Assembly (NCBI GenBank): GCA_963812015.1 | Contig: CAWETI010000003.1 | Coordinates: 1,920,001 to 1,984,000, forward strand | From: an uncultured delta proteobacterium | GTDB taxonomy: Bacteria > Desulfobacterota > Desulfobaccia > Desulfobaccales > 0-14-0-80-60-11 | Length of the DNA stretch: 64,000 nt | Direction: 5' to 3' | Part shown: piece after piece, positions 8,749 to 19,114 of the stretch | Layout: every line of letters starts with the position of its first letter | Position numbering within the stretch: the stretch's first letter is position 1 | Notes under the pieces: generated by a model | Told to the model about the DNA's origin: nothing | What the model saw: only the letters and a program-made list of their open reading frames with translations | Database searches by the model: none | Position numbers and translations under genes: made by a program

Positions 8749-11700
8749 ATGCAAGGCAAATTCGACGTGGGGCTGGATGTCGGCTCAGTGAGCGTCAACC
8801 TGGTGATCATGAACCCTGAGGGAGAGGTGCTCAAGGAAGAATACCGCCGCCATCTGGGGGCGCCTTCTCGCACCGCTTTAAATCTGCTGGAATCCCTGGG
8901 CCCGGAATTTCCCCTGGAACAATGCCGGTTGATCGCCTGCACCGGTATGGGGGGCAAGCGCCTGGCCGAGGTGCTGGGGGCCCGGTTTATCAATGAAGTC
9001 ATCGCCCAGGGGCGGGGCACCCACCATTTTGCGCCTCAAGCCCGCACCATCATTGACATGGGGGGCGAGGACGCCAAGATTATCATGGTGGAGGAAGAGG
9101 ACGGCCACCTGGTCATCGAGGATTTCGCCATGAACACCATGTGCGCCGCGGGCACCGGCTCCTTCCTGGACCAGCAGGCGCACCGGTTAGGCTACACCAT
9201 CGAAGATTTCAGCGAATTGGCCCTCAAGTCCACCACCCCCCCCCGGGTGGCCGGGCGCTGCAGCGTCTTTGCCAAGACCGACATGATCCACCTCCAGCAG
9301 GGCGCCACCCCGGATTACGAGATCATCGCCGGCCTCTGCCAGGCCATGGCCCGCAACTTAAAGAGCAACATCGCCAAGGGCAAGACCTTTGCCCCGCCGG
9401 TGGCCTTTCAAGGAGGCGTAGCCCACAACCTGGGAGTGCGCCAGGCCTTCCGCCAGGTCTTTAAGCTGGACGAAACCGGCCTCATCATCCCCCCCCACTT
9501 CTGCTCCCTGGGGGCGGTGGGCGCGGCGCTGGTGGCCCGGGAAAACCCCCCCGCCGATTTTCACCTGGACTTGACCCCCCTGCGGGAACACCTGCTGAAG
9601 GATGAGGACCCCTCCCGGCGCCTGCCGCGCTTGAGCCCCCCCCCGGTCTTGGGGCCGGAGCACTACCAGGTCATCGACCTGCCGGACGACGGCTCGGTGG
9701 TGGAAAGCTACCTGGGCATCGACGTGGGCTCCATCAGCACCAACGTGGTGGTCATCGACTCCGAGATGCGGGTGTTGGCCCGGGAGTACCTCATGACCGC
9801 CGGCCGCCCCCTGGAGGCCATCACCGAGGGCCTGCGTCGGGTGGGCGCCAGGATTCAAGACCGGGTCAAGATCATGGGCGCGGCCACCACCGGTTCGGGC
9901 CGCTATCTCACGGGCGACTTCATCGGCGCCGACGTGGTGCGCAACGAGATCACCGCCCAGGCCACCGCCGCCGCGGCCATCGACCCCGAGGTCGACACCA
10001 TCTTCGAGATCGGCGGCCAGGACTCCAAGTTCATCAGCTTAAAACACGGCGCCATCGTGGATTTCATGATGAACAAGGTCTGCGCCGCCGGCACCGGCTC
10101 TTATCTGGAGGAACAGGCCGAAAAGCTGGGCATCTCCATCCGCAACGAGTTCGGTGACCTGGCCCTGGCCGGCAAGACCCCGGTGCGCATGGGAGAGCGC
10201 TGCACCGTCTTCATGGAGTCCGACCTGGTGCACCACCAGCAGCGGGGCGCCGCCAAAGAAGACCTGGTGGCCGGCCTGTCCTACTCCATCGTCCAGAACT
10301 ATCTCAACAAGGTGGCGGAAGACCGGCCCATCGGCGACCACATTTTCTACCAGGGGGCCACCGCCGCCAACCGGGGCATCGTGGCCGCCTTCCAGCAAGT
10401 ATGCGGCAAAACGATCACGGTGCCGCCCCACCACGACGTCACCGGGGCCATCGGTGCGGCGCTCCTGGCCATGCGGGAGCGAAATTGGGAGACCTCCAAA
10501 TTCAAGGGGTTCGACCTGGCGGACCGTCAATATGAGATTTCTTCCTTTGAGTGCAGCGGTTGTCCCAACAACTGCGAGATTCGCCAGGTGAAGATCGAAG
10601 GGGAAAAGCCGCTGTTTTACGGCAGCCGCTGCGAAAAATACGAAGTCGGCCGCGCCGAGAAGCAGTACGACCTGGCCGACCTGCTCCTGGAGCGGGAAAA
10701 CTGGCTCTATGGCGACGAGCCCCCCATAGAAGGCAAACGCGGCCCCATCGGCATCCCCCGCACCATGTTCTTTCAGGAGCTTATGCCCTTCTTCCGGACC
10801 TTCTTCGAAGAACTGGGCTTCACGGTGGTCTTCTCCCCCAAGACCAACAAGAAGGTGATCAACCAGGGGATGGAAGCCATGGCGGCGGAGCCTTGCTATC
10901 CGGTGAAGGTGGCCCACGGCCACATCCTGGACCTGCTGAAAGCCGGGGTCAAACGCATCTTCCTGCCCAGCGTCATCGACCTGCCCCATCCCCATCCCGA
11001 GATCGGCAGCGGGGTGGTCTGTCCCATGGCCCAATCCCTGACCTACACCGTCCACACCGCCATCGATTTCGCGGCGTTCGGGGCCAAGGTGCTGTCCCCG
11101 GTGCTCTATTTCGGCCGGGGCAAACGCCGCCTGCGCCAGGGTTTGCGGGATCTGGCCCGAGAACTGGGGGTGAGCCCCTTCAAGGTGAACCGGGCCATGC
11201 TTAAGGGTCAGGCGGCCCAGGCGGCCTATTATGACCGCCTCACCGCCCGGGGCCGGGAGATCCTAAGTTCCCTGCCCCCCGACGGCCGTCTCATGGTCCT
11301 CATCGGCCGGCCTTACAACGCCCTAGACCCCGGCATGAACCTCAACCTCCACCGGAAACTCCGGCAGTTGGGGGTCCTGGCCCTGCCCATGGACTTTTTG
11401 CCCGTCGATAAAGTGGACGACCTGGATGAAATCAAGCCCATGTACTGGCGCTTCGGGCAAAAGATTCTGGGAGTGGCCGAACTCATCCGCAACGACCCCC
11501 GGCTCTACGGCATCTACATCACCAATTTCGGCTGCGGCCCCGACTCCTTCATCCAGCACTTCTTCAAGGACCGCATGCGGGGCAAGCCTTACCTGGAAAT
11601 CGAGATCGACGAGCACTCCTCCGACGTGGGGGCCATCACCCGGCTGGAAGCCTTCCTGGACAGCCTGAAGAACGTCACGGTGGAGCCGGCCCCGCTTCGG

Positions 11701-12924
11701 GTGTCGCCTTACCGTTACCGGGTCACCGGCAACCTCAAGCGCAAGATCTTCCTGCCCCCCATGACCGACCAGGCCCTGGCCATAGTGGCGGCCTTCCAGG
11801 CCTGCGGCGGCGAGGCCGAGGCCCTGCCGCCCTCCGATGAAGAGACCCTGGAACTGGGTCGTCGCCTCACCTCGGGCAAGGAGTGTTACCCCCTCATCCT
11901 CACCACCGGCGACCTGGCCAAACTGGTGCAGCGCCCGGACTTCAGGCCGGACAGGAGCGCCTTCTTCATGCCCGCGGCCGACGGCCCCTGCCGCTTCGGC
12001 CAGTACCACCGCTTCCACCGGATGGTGCTGGATGATCTGGGTTATCCCCAGATGCCGGTCTACTCCCCGGATCAGAACGAAAACATGTTCAAGGAAGTGG
12101 GCCTGGTGGGTGGCGATTTCTCCCGGATCGCCTGGAACGGCATGGTGGCCATCGATCTACTGGAAAAGAAGCTTCGGGAGACCCGGCCCTATGAATCCGT
12201 CCCCGGCGAGTCCGACAAGGTGTATGAACACTACCTCGACCGGGTCTTCCAGGCCGTGCGGGACCGGGGCGACCTGCCCGGGGCCCTTAAGGAGGCCCGG
12301 CGGACCTTTGACGACGTCTCCCTGAGCCCCAACGGCGGCAAACCCGTGGTGGGGGTCGTGGGGGAAATCTATACCCGGGCCAACCAGTTCTCCAACGAGA
12401 ACGCCGTGCGGGAGATTGAGGCCCTGGGGGGCGAAGTCTGGATGCCCCCCATCGGCGAGTGGCTCCTCTACGTCACTCACAGTTCCAAGGCGAGCGCCCT
12501 GGCCAACCGGCGTTACCGGGAACTCATCACCGTCTGCCTGGAAGAGCGCGTCCAGAAAAAGGACGAGCACCGGCTGGAGGAGATCTTCCACGGCAGCATC
12601 AAGAACCTGAGGGAACCCTCCATCCCCGAGACCCTGGAGCTGGCCAAAGACTACCTCCACCCCTCCTTCGAAGGGGAGGCCATCTTGAGTATGGGCAAAT
12701 CCCATGACTTCGTGCGCAAAGGGGCCTGCGGCCTGGTGAACATCATGCCGTTTACCTGCATGCCGGGCACCGTGGTCAACTCCCTGTTCAAGCTCTTTAG
12801 GGAGCGCCACAACAACATCCCCTTCCTGAACCTGGCCTACGACGGCCAAGAACAGACCCACACCCGCACCCGCCTGGAGGCCTTTATGTACCAGGTGCGT
12901 CAGTTCAAAACCCGTAAGGGATAG
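8749..12924 (+). CDS. Acyl-CoA dehydratase activase-like protein (two BadF/BadG/BcrA/BcrD ATPase modules plus DUF2229 domains)
   Basis: GLDVGSVS / GIDVGSIST, DMGGED / EIGGQD, two CAAGTGS, RCSVF / RCTVF, CYPVK, FGCGPDS, PFTCMP. Confidence 0.93.
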   Translation: MQGKFDVGLDVGSVSVNLVIMNPEGEVLKEEYRRHLGAPSRTALNLLESLGPEFPLEQCRLIACTGMGGKRLAEVLGARFINEVIAQGRGTHHFAPQARTIIDMGGEDAKIIMVEEEDGHLVIEDFAMNTMCAAGTGSFLDQQAHRLGYTIEDFSELALKSTTPPRVAGRCSVFAKTDMIHLQQGATPDYEIIAGLCQAMARNLKSNIAKGKTFAPPVAFQGGVAHNLGVRQAFRQVFKLDETGLIIPPHFCSLGAVGAALVARENPPADFHLDLTPLREHLLKDEDPSRRLPRLSPPPVLGPEHYQVIDLPDDGSVVESYLGIDVGSISTNVVVIDSEMRVLAREYLMTAGRPLEAITEGLRRVGARIQDRVKIMGAATTGSGRYLTGDFIGADVVRNEITAQATAAAAIDPEVDTIFEIGGQDSKFISLKHGAIVDFMMNKVCAAGTGSYLEEQAEKLGISIRNEFGDLALAGKTPVRMGERCTVFMESDLVHHQQRGAAKEDLVAGLSYSIVQNYLNKVAEDRPIGDHIFYQGATAANRGIVAAFQQVCGKTITVPPHHDVTGAIGAALLAMRERNWETSKFKGFDLADRQYEISSFECSGCPNNCEIRQVKIEGEKPLFYGSRCEKYEVGRAEKQYDLADLLLERENWLYGDEPPIEGKRGPIGIPRTMFFQELMPFFRTFFEELGFTVVFSPKTNKKVINQGMEAMAAEPCYPVKVAHGHILDLLKAGVKRIFLPSVIDLPHPHPEIGSGVVCPMAQSLTYTVHTAIDFAAFGAKVLSPVLYFGRGKRRLRQGLRDLARELGVSPFKVNRAMLKGQAAQAAYYDRLTARGREILSSLPPDGRLMVLIGRPYNALDPGMNLNLHRKLRQLGVLALPMDFLPVDKVDDLDEIKPMYWRFGQKILGVAELIRNDPRLYGIYITNFGCGPDSFIQHFFKDRMRGKPYLEIEIDEHSSDVGAITRLEAFLDSLKNVTVEPAPLRVSPYRYRVTGNLKRKIFLPPMTDQALAIVAAFQACGGEAEALPPSDEETLELGRRLTSGKECYPLILTTGDLAKLVQRPDFRPDRSAFFMPAADGPCRFGQYHRFHRMVLDDLGYPQMPVYSPDQNENMFKEVGLVGGDFSRIAWNGMVAIDLLEKKLRETRPYESVPGESDKVYEHYLDRVFQAVRDRGDLPGALKEARRTFDDVSLSPNGGKPVVGVVGEIYTRANQFSNENAVREIEALGGEVWMPPIGEWLLYVTHSSKASALANRRYRELITVCLEERVQKKDEHRLEEIFHGSIKNLREPSIPETLELAKDYLHPSFEGEAILSMGKSHDFVRKGACGLVNIMPFTCMPGTVVNSLFKLFRERHNNIPFLNLAYDGQEQTHTRTRLEAFMYQVRQFKTRKG

Positions 12925-12937
12925 AAGAAAATGATCT

Positions 12938-13062
12938 CGGGAAGGGGGCTAAGGGCTTTTTCGTAAGTGGCCCCTACCCCCTCCCCGAACCCCCATAAGT
13001 CAGGAACTTGGTGGCACAGGCTTTCCAGCCTGTGGATGACTTAGGGTGCGCACCGTGCACCT
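12938..13062. repeat. Hairpin / REP-like cluster between convergent genes
   Basis: cgggaagggggc...ccccctccccg, cacaggct-ttcc-agcctgtg and ggtgcgcaccgtgcacc palindromes. Confidence 0.5.
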
Positions 13063-13115
13063 TAAGAGACTGAATGTTCAATAAAAAGGCAGGTCACCGG
13101 GCCCCGCCTTTTGGA

Positions 13116-13736
13116 TCAAATCCTCCGGGCGTTATCCTCCGGGAAGCGATATTCCATGTGCCGCGCCGTGGCCCGGGCGATGGCCTCGCCATGGTAGCGC
13201 GCCACCACCTTCAGAGCCAAATCGATCCCCGCGGCAATGCCCGCCGAAGTGAGGATATGCCCATCCTCCACCACGTGCAAATCTTCCACCACGGTCACGG
13301 CCGGGAACGACTCGCGCATCCACGTCAGGGAGCGCCAGTGAGTCGTGGCCCGGCAGCCATCCAGCAGACCGGCCTGACCCAGCAACATCGCCCCGGTGCA
13401 CACTGAGGCCAGGGTTTCCACCTGGCGGCCCCGCTGGGCAATCCAGCGAATGAGAGGCTCATTGTGGATCTGGCGGCGCGTCCCCCAGCCGCCGGGCACC
13501 ACCAGGACGTCCAGTGGCGGACAGGTCGCCAGGGTGCAGTCGGGCAGAACTTTGAGCCCGCCGGAGGCCGTGATCGCCTCGGTATGCTCGGCCACCAGCA
13601 GAAGCTCGAACGGCGAAGGCTCGTCCCGGCGCCGCTCCTCGTGCAGGCGGGTGACGGCCAAAACTTCGTACGGACCGCAAAAATCGAGCACTTCGACTTC
13701 CGGAAAGATAATTATGCCAACCAGTCTCCGATTCAT
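13116..13736 (-). CDS. DJ-1/PfpI family protein
   Basis: EVLDFCGPYEV, LVVPGGWG, SVCTGA nucleophile elbow, ATTHW, TSAGIAAGIDLAL. Confidence 0.93.
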   Translation of the reverse strand: MNRRLVGIIIFPEVEVLDFCGPYEVLAVTRLHEERRRDEPSPFELLLVAEHTEAITASGGLKVLPDCTLATCPPLDVLVVPGGWGTRRQIHNEPLIRWIAQRGRQVETLASVCTGAMLLGQAGLLDGCRATTHWRSLTWMRESFPAVTVVEDLHVVEDGHILTSAGIAAGIDLALKVVARYHGEAIARATARHMEYRFPEDNARRI

Positions 13737-13784
13737 AATCGGCGTTCCTCCTCCCCTTTGCGAACCAGTGCGGCGTTGCCAGCG

Positions 13785-14564
13785 TCACTCCCCCCGAAAC
13801 ACCGGTTTGCGCTTCTCCAGAAAGGCCCTTTGCCCTTCCAGATAATCCTTGCTGTTGTAGACCAGACGGCGCAGCCCCTGGATGCGCTCAAAGGTCTCGG
13901 GGGACAGGGGCAGGGCGTTTCCTAAAATCTGGAGCTGCTCTTTCATGACTGAAATGCTGATGGGGGAATTCTGGGCGATCTGCCGGGCCATGGCAAAGGT
14001 AAAATCCTCCAGTTCTGGGATCGGCACCAAGTGATTGAGGATGCCCACCCGGGCGACCCGTTCCCCACTCACCGGCTGGGCGGTGCAGAACATCTCCCGG
14101 GCCAGGGACATGCCGATCTTGTTAAGAACGTGCAGGATCCCCGTGAGATTATAGGGGATCCCCAGCCGGGCCGAGGTAATGGCAAAAGAGGTGTTCTCGG
14201 TGCCGATCAGGATATCACAGACCAGGGCCAGTTCACAGGCGCCCCCCCAGACGCTCCCCTCCAGCATGGCGATGACCGGAGCCGGACAGCGCTGGATGGC
14301 CCGGATGGCCTGCTCCAGGGGATCGTCATACGTCAGGGGGTCCCGGCCGGGTTGAGGAAATTCGGTGACGTCATAGCCCGCCGACCAGACCTTGGCGCCC
14401 TTATTGGCCCGGAGCACGATCACCCGGACCCGTTGATAGACCATCTCGTTTAAGGCCGTGATCACCTCGTTAATTAAGGCCCGGCCCAGGGCGTTGCGCT
14501 TCCGGTCATGATTAAAGGTGATGGTGCCGATGGACTCCGATAGTGCCACGGTAATTAATTCCAT
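13785..14564 (-). CDS. scpB: Methylmalonyl-CoA decarboxylase (crotonase family)
   Basis: KVWSAGYD..E.PQPGRDPLTYDDPL, EGSVWGGA, LGIPYN and FERIQGLRR match the E. coli ScpB pattern as I recall it. Confidence 0.88.
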   Translation of the reverse strand: MELITVALSESIGTITFNHDRKRNALGRALINEVITALNEMVYQRVRVIVLRANKGAKVWSAGYDVTEFPQPGRDPLTYDDPLEQAIRAIQRCPAPVIAMLEGSVWGGACELALVCDILIGTENTSFAITSARLGIPYNLTGILHVLNKIGMSLAREMFCTAQPVSGERVARVGILNHLVPIPELEDFTFAMARQIAQNSPISISVMKEQLQILGNALPLSPETFERIQGLRRLVYNSKDYLEGQRAFLEKRKPVFRGE

Positions 14565-14724
14565 TTTTCCCTCATCCCGGCTGCTGACCCCCGGCTACCA
14601 CCCGGTCAGGCCGCCTGTTTTAGAGACTATTTGCCAAGTATTGCCGTAATTGATAACATCCCCATCGGCAAGGGTAAACTTTTTCCATCAAGTCCGTGCA
14701 CATTTCACGTGAGGAGGCGAGATC

Positions 14725-15462
14725 ATGCCCCGATGTTCCGGCTGTGGTAATCAATTAACCGGGGCCGAGCAACATTGTCCCGCCTGCGGGCAATCCACAG
14801 AGGTCGGCACAAACTTGCACGGCCCAGCTCTACCCCAGCCCCCGAGAGCATTGCCTCTGGGCAACTATATCAAAATCGGCTGGGAGCTCTTCAAACAATA
14901 TCCCGGCGGGTTTGTCGGCTTTTGCCTGGTTAACGGCCTCATCCACCTGGTCTTGCACGCCCTGCCCCGGGTGAGCTGGCTGGTGTCGGCGGGCCTCAGC
15001 GCCCCTTTGTTCATGGGCAACTTCATCGTCACCGCTAAGCTGCTGCAGCGGCAAACCCCGTCCTTCCGCGACTTTTTTTCGGGTTTTTACTTCTTTTGGC
15101 CGCTCTTTTTACTCTCCCTGGTCGTTTCGGTATTCATCAGCATCGGGATGATCCTGTTAATTATCCCCGGGGTATATCTGATGGTGGGTTACCTTTTTGC
15201 CTCGCCCCTGGTGGTGGATCGCCGCCTGGATTTCTGGCCGGCCATGGAGTTGAGCCGCCGTACCGTGAACCCCTTATGGTTCAGCCTTTTTGCTTTCGTG
15301 CTCCTCCTGACCCTGATTAATTTAGCGGGCATGGCTCTCCTGGGCCTGGGCTTCTTGATTACCTTGCCCTGGACGTTATGTTCGGTTACCGCAGCCTATA
15401 GCGACCTTTTCGGTTTCCAATCAGATTACTCGCAAGAGGTCCCCAGGCTAAAAAATCTTTAA
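14725..15462 (+). CDS. Membrane protein with N-terminal zinc ribbon
   Basis: CSGC...CPAC followed by about 5 hydrophobic helices; GAGGAGG SD. Confidence 0.85.
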   Translation: MPRCSGCGNQLTGAEQHCPACGQSTEVGTNLHGPALPQPPRALPLGNYIKIGWELFKQYPGGFVGFCLVNGLIHLVLHALPRVSWLVSAGLSAPLFMGNFIVTAKLLQRQTPSFRDFFSGFYFFWPLFLLSLVVSVFISIGMILLIIPGVYLMVGYLFASPLVVDRRLDFWPAMELSRRTVNPLWFSLFAFVLLLTLINLAGMALLGLGFLITLPWTLCSVTAAYSDLFGFQSDYSQEVPRLKNL

Positions 15463-15473
15463 AGGCTCACTCC

Positions 15474-17714
15474 ATGACGGTTGTCGAACCCCCGGCCCCT
15501 GCCCTGTGGGAAGTGGCGGTGGCCCTGCCCCTGGCCCACACCCTGACCTATCGCCTGCCCTCGCGCCTTTCGGCCGCCGCCCGGGTGGGCAGCCTGGTCC
15601 GGGTGCCGGTGGGCCGCCGGCTGGTGACGGGATATCTCCTGGCCCCGACCCGGGAGACTCCTCCCGGAACCCTCCGGGACATCCGGGAAGTGCTCGACCC
15701 CATACCCCGGTTCGGCCCGGAGTTGGTGCCCCTGTATCGCTGGGTGGCGGATTACTACCAGTATCCCCTGGGCGAGGCCTTGAGCTTCATCATTCCCGGT
15801 GGAGATGCGGCCGCCAAGCCGCGCCGGGAACTCTGGGCCGGTCCCGTGAACCAGGCCCAGGACGGCCAGATTCCCAAGCGCCTGGGCCCCAAGTCCCGGG
15901 CCCTTTTGGCTTATCTCCGGGAGGCCGGCCCCACCCCGGTGAAAGACCTCCACAGCCTTTTCCCCGTCTGTCTCGACAGCCTGCGCCGCCTGGCCGCCCG
16001 GGAATTGATCGTGCTTGAGGACCGCACCCGACTCAGGACCCCCGAGGATGATACGTCTTTTGCCCTTACAGAAAACCTCACCCTGGTCCCCCACCAGGAA
16101 CAGGCCCTGGCCGCCATCATCCAGGGAATTGACCAGAATGACTTCGCGCCGTTTCTGCTCCATGGCGTCACGGCCAGCGGCAAAACCGAGGTCTATCTGG
16201 GCGCGGCCGACCATGCCCTGGCCCGGGGTCGCCAGGTTTTGGTCCTGGTGCCGGAGATTGCCTTGACCCACCCTGTGGGCCAGGCCTTTCAGCAACGCTT
16301 CGGCCCCCGGGTCGCCCTGCTCCACAGCGGTCTGTCCGAGGCCTTCCGGGTGGATCAATGGCGCCGCATCATGATGGGAGAAGTGGATATTGTGGTAGGG
16401 GCCCGGTCGGCGGTCTTTGCCCCCCTGCCCCGCCTGGGGTTGATGGTGGTGGATGAGGAACACGATCCCTCCTACAAACAGGAGGGCGGCCTCCTCTACC
16501 AGGCCCGGGATGTGGCCCTTTACCGGGGCAAACTGGCGAAAGCCGCGGTGGTCCTGGTCTCCGCCACCCCCCAGGTGACCACCTGCTACTCGGCCCGGGC
16601 TGGGAAATATCGCTATCTCCACCTCGGCCACCGGGTCACTCCCCAGTCCCTGCCCGAGATCCAGCTTGTGGATCTGCGCACCCAACGGGGCGACAAGAGT
16701 CTCAAGGTTATTTCCCGGCCGCTCCTTAATGCCCTGGAAGAAGTGCTTCGCCGGGGGGAACAGGCCCTGCTGTTTCTCAATCGCCGGGGCTATGCCCGGG
16801 CCGTCTTCTGCCTCTTTTGCGGCCGGGTGTTCCAGTGCCGCCACTGCAGCGTGGCCCTGACCCACCACCAGGACCGGGACCTTCTGGTGTGCCATTACTG
16901 CGGCTATACCGAGGCAATGCCGGAACGCTGCCCTGATTGCCAGTCCACCGCCATCAAGCGTTACGGGGTGGGCACCGAAAAGGTGGAAACCGAGGTCAAG
17001 CGGCTGCTGCCCGGGGCCCGGGTGGCCCGCCTGGACCGGGATACGGCCCCTAACAGCGGTCGGGCCCTCAAGGTCCTGAAGGAGTTTGCCGCCGGCGAAC
17101 TGGACTTCCTGGTGGGCACCCAGATGATCACCAAGGGGCATCATTTCCCCCAGGTCACCCTCGTCGGGGTCATCGCCGCCGACCTCAGCCTCTACTTTCC
17201 GGAGTATCACGCCGGGGAGCGCACCTTCCAGCTTCTGTCCCAGGTGGCCGGTCGGGCCGGCCGGGGCGCCGCCAAGGGCACCGTGCTGATCCAGACCTAC
17301 CAGCCGGAGCATTACGTTTTTCAGACGGTCCAGGCTCAGGATTACGACAGTTTTTTTCAGCGAGAACTGGAGACCCGGCGACAACTGGGTTATCCGCCCT
17401 TTACCCGCCTGGCCCTGGTGCGCCTGAGCGGCCCGGTCGCCGAGACCGTGGCCCGGGAAGCCCGGCGCCTGGCCGCGGCCCTGGAGAACCTGCGGAGCCG
17501 GGATCATGAGCTGCGCTCCCGGGTGCGGATCCTGGGGCCGGCCCCCGCGGGTCTCACCCGCCTTCAAGGCCGGTTCCGCTGGCAGATTCTCATCAAAAGT
17601 TACGGCCGCCCCGCCCTGGTTCACCTGCTCCAGCACCTGCGCCGGGTCTGGACCCCCGCCCCCCGGTCCCACCTCAGCCTCAGCCTGGATATCGACCCGG
17701 TGAGCCTGTTCTAG
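15474..17714 (+). CDS. priA: Primosomal protein N' (replication restart helicase)
   Basis: LLHGVTASGKTEVY, LVPEIALT, DEEHD, SATP, FLNRRGY, four CxxC pairs, GTQMITKG, QVAGRAGR. Confidence 0.97.
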   Translation: MTVVEPPAPALWEVAVALPLAHTLTYRLPSRLSAAARVGSLVRVPVGRRLVTGYLLAPTRETPPGTLRDIREVLDPIPRFGPELVPLYRWVADYYQYPLGEALSFIIPGGDAAAKPRRELWAGPVNQAQDGQIPKRLGPKSRALLAYLREAGPTPVKDLHSLFPVCLDSLRRLAARELIVLEDRTRLRTPEDDTSFALTENLTLVPHQEQALAAIIQGIDQNDFAPFLLHGVTASGKTEVYLGAADHALARGRQVLVLVPEIALTHPVGQAFQQRFGPRVALLHSGLSEAFRVDQWRRIMMGEVDIVVGARSAVFAPLPRLGLMVVDEEHDPSYKQEGGLLYQARDVALYRGKLAKAAVVLVSATPQVTTCYSARAGKYRYLHLGHRVTPQSLPEIQLVDLRTQRGDKSLKVISRPLLNALEEVLRRGEQALLFLNRRGYARAVFCLFCGRVFQCRHCSVALTHHQDRDLLVCHYCGYTEAMPERCPDCQSTAIKRYGVGTEKVETEVKRLLPGARVARLDRDTAPNSGRALKVLKEFAAGELDFLVGTQMITKGHHFPQVTLVGVIAADLSLYFPEYHAGERTFQLLSQVAGRAGRGAAKGTVLIQTYQPEHYVFQTVQAQDYDSFFQRELETRRQLGYPPFTRLALVRLSGPVAETVAREARRLAAALENLRSRDHELRSRVRILGPAPAGLTRLQGRFRWQILIKSYGRPALVHLLQHLRRVWTPAPRSHLSLSLDIDPVSLF

Positions 17715-17769
17715 TGTGGCGCCCCAGATATATTCTGAAAAAATATTCCCACTTTTCGGGGAGGCTCTC

Positions 17770-17797
17770 GTAGGGGCGGTTCGCGAACCGCCCCTAC
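17770..17797. repeat. GTAG-type REP palindrome
   Basis: GTAGGGGCGGTTCGCGAACCGCCCCTAC is a perfect 28-bp palindrome. Confidence 0.8.
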
Positions 17798-18051
17798 AAC
17801 GGCCTTCGGCAAGGGGAACCGAATTTGGCAAGATACTCCGGGGGACCGACACTTTCAGGATGTTAAGACACTATCCTTTTCTCTAGAATGGTCATTTGCC
17901 GGTGACGCTCGCCCCACGTGCGCCAACCCGGACAAAAAAATTTGCCCGAAGGTTTTTTCCGAGGGTTTGACTCGACTGACTGACTACCGGTTCCGGCTGA
18001 AGATGCGATTTTCCTGATCAAGGTTGAGCCCGTGGTCCGGGCGATAACCAG

Positions 18052-18080
18052 TTGACCTTTTCCCGGTCAAGAGGTATAAA
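18052..18080 (+). promoter_or_regulatory. Sigma70-type promoter for the tRNA
   Basis: TTGACC-N17-TATAAA about 40 nt upstream of the tRNA. Confidence 0.55.
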
Positions 18081-18122
18081 ATAAAAGATTGTAGCGCAAT
18101 CTTCAACGCAGTCACCAGCCAC

Positions 18123-18199
18123 GCGCCCGTAGCTCAGCTGGATAGAGCAACGGACTACGAATCCGTGTGTCGGGGGTTCAAATCCCTCCGGGCGCGCCA
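18123..18199 (+). tRNA. tRNA-Arg(ACG)
   Basis: GCGCCCG acceptor stem, TAGCTCAGCTGGATAGAGC D-arm, ACGGA-CTACGAA-TCCGT anticodon arm, GGTTCAAATCC T-arm, encoded CCA. Confidence 0.98.
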
Positions 18200-18215
18200 G
18201 TAATTTCAAGACGTT

Positions 18216-18240
18216 AAGGGTGGCAACAGCCACCCTTTGT
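18216..18240 (+). terminator. Rho-independent terminator after the tRNA
   Basis: AAGGGTGGC-AACA-GCCACCCTT followed by T-rich sequence. Confidence 0.65.
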
Positions 18241-18460
18241 TATGCCGAGAGCACTATGGGAGCACTTTTTTGGCCCGGGGCTCTTTGCTCGCCTCTTGGA
18301 CCCCAGACTAACTTAATACTTGGCACAACTACTGGGGGCAGATCAGATGAGCACTTTTTCTTTTTCCCTTAATGTCAGGTCTAATATAGTGGCATTCCTG
18401 GTAGAGGATCGGCGACCCCTTCCCGGTTTCGGGTTATGCCGTTTTCCGTCTGGTGAAGCA

Positions 18461-19069
18461 TTATTTCCCTCGCCATAAAAAGCGCCCTAAAACTCGGTTC
18501 TTGATGTCACTCCCATTATTCCCCCGTTCGGAAAGCCAGTTGGCCGTAACTGAAGTCACATATGCGGCTAAACTATATTTTACCCCCTTGCCAATAAAAA
18601 ATGCCCCAAGAACTTCGGGTAAAGACATTCCGACAAGGCCACAAAATATTAAGGCCGGTGTGTGAGGTATGGGAAGAGCAGTAATAACAATGAGTGCAAT
18701 AAAACCGAATTGGGAAACCCATTGGGCAGTCCAGCGCCATTGGCGGGAATTCACGATCTCAGGGAGATGTTTGGATAAGACCGGATAACCATAATTTCCC
18801 AGGAAATACGCAATGAGGCTTGCCGCCAAGGCGCTTCCCATCGCGGAAAAAAAGGCGATTGCCCACCATTGCTTACGATTAAGGATAACGAGAACGGAAA
18901 CCACAGGGACAGTGGCGATAGTGCAGGAAAGGGTGCAGAAAAAGGCGACTCCACCAGCTAATATGGGCAACAAGGAATTATTTGCTAAGGTACCCACCAA
19001 GGTGCGCTCATCCTGGTTCCTTATCCCACAGGTGGAGGAAATATGCAAGGCAGGAAGGGAGTGTAGCAC
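18461..19069 (-). CDS. YqaA/DedA (VTT)-like membrane protein, start uncertain
   Basis: SAMGSALAASLIAYFLG, ALPIPHTPALIFCG, FIGKGVKY. The upstream part of the 258-aa ORF is a CAP remnant. Confidence 0.7.
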   Translation of the reverse strand: MLHSLPALHISSTCGIRNQDERTLVGTLANNSLLPILAGGVAFFCTLSCTIATVPVVSVLVILNRKQWWAIAFFSAMGSALAASLIAYFLGNYGYPVLSKHLPEIVNSRQWRWTAQWVSQFGFIALIVITALPIPHTPALIFCGLVGMSLPEVLGAFFIGKGVKYSLAAYVTSVTANWLSERGNNGSDIKNRVLGRFLWRGK

Positions 19070-19114
19070 TGATTCATAGTCTTTCTTTGGCGGGCACAGA
19101 AGGCCATCGCTGGT

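Noticed and set aside
13785..14564. AGYD instead of AGHD in ScpB
   Set aside because: As I recall, this residue contributes through its backbone amide; the rest of the signature is intact.
15459..17852. 797-aa ORF antisense to priA
   Set aside because: Shadow ORF from high-GC codon bias with no motifs; priA is unambiguous. The same applies to other long antisense ORFs (e.g. 46148-47860, 32370-33677, 3893-5080, 49668-50891).
18018..18233. 71-aa ORF containing ARPEGFEPPT
   Set aside because: It is the reverse-complement translation of the tRNA.
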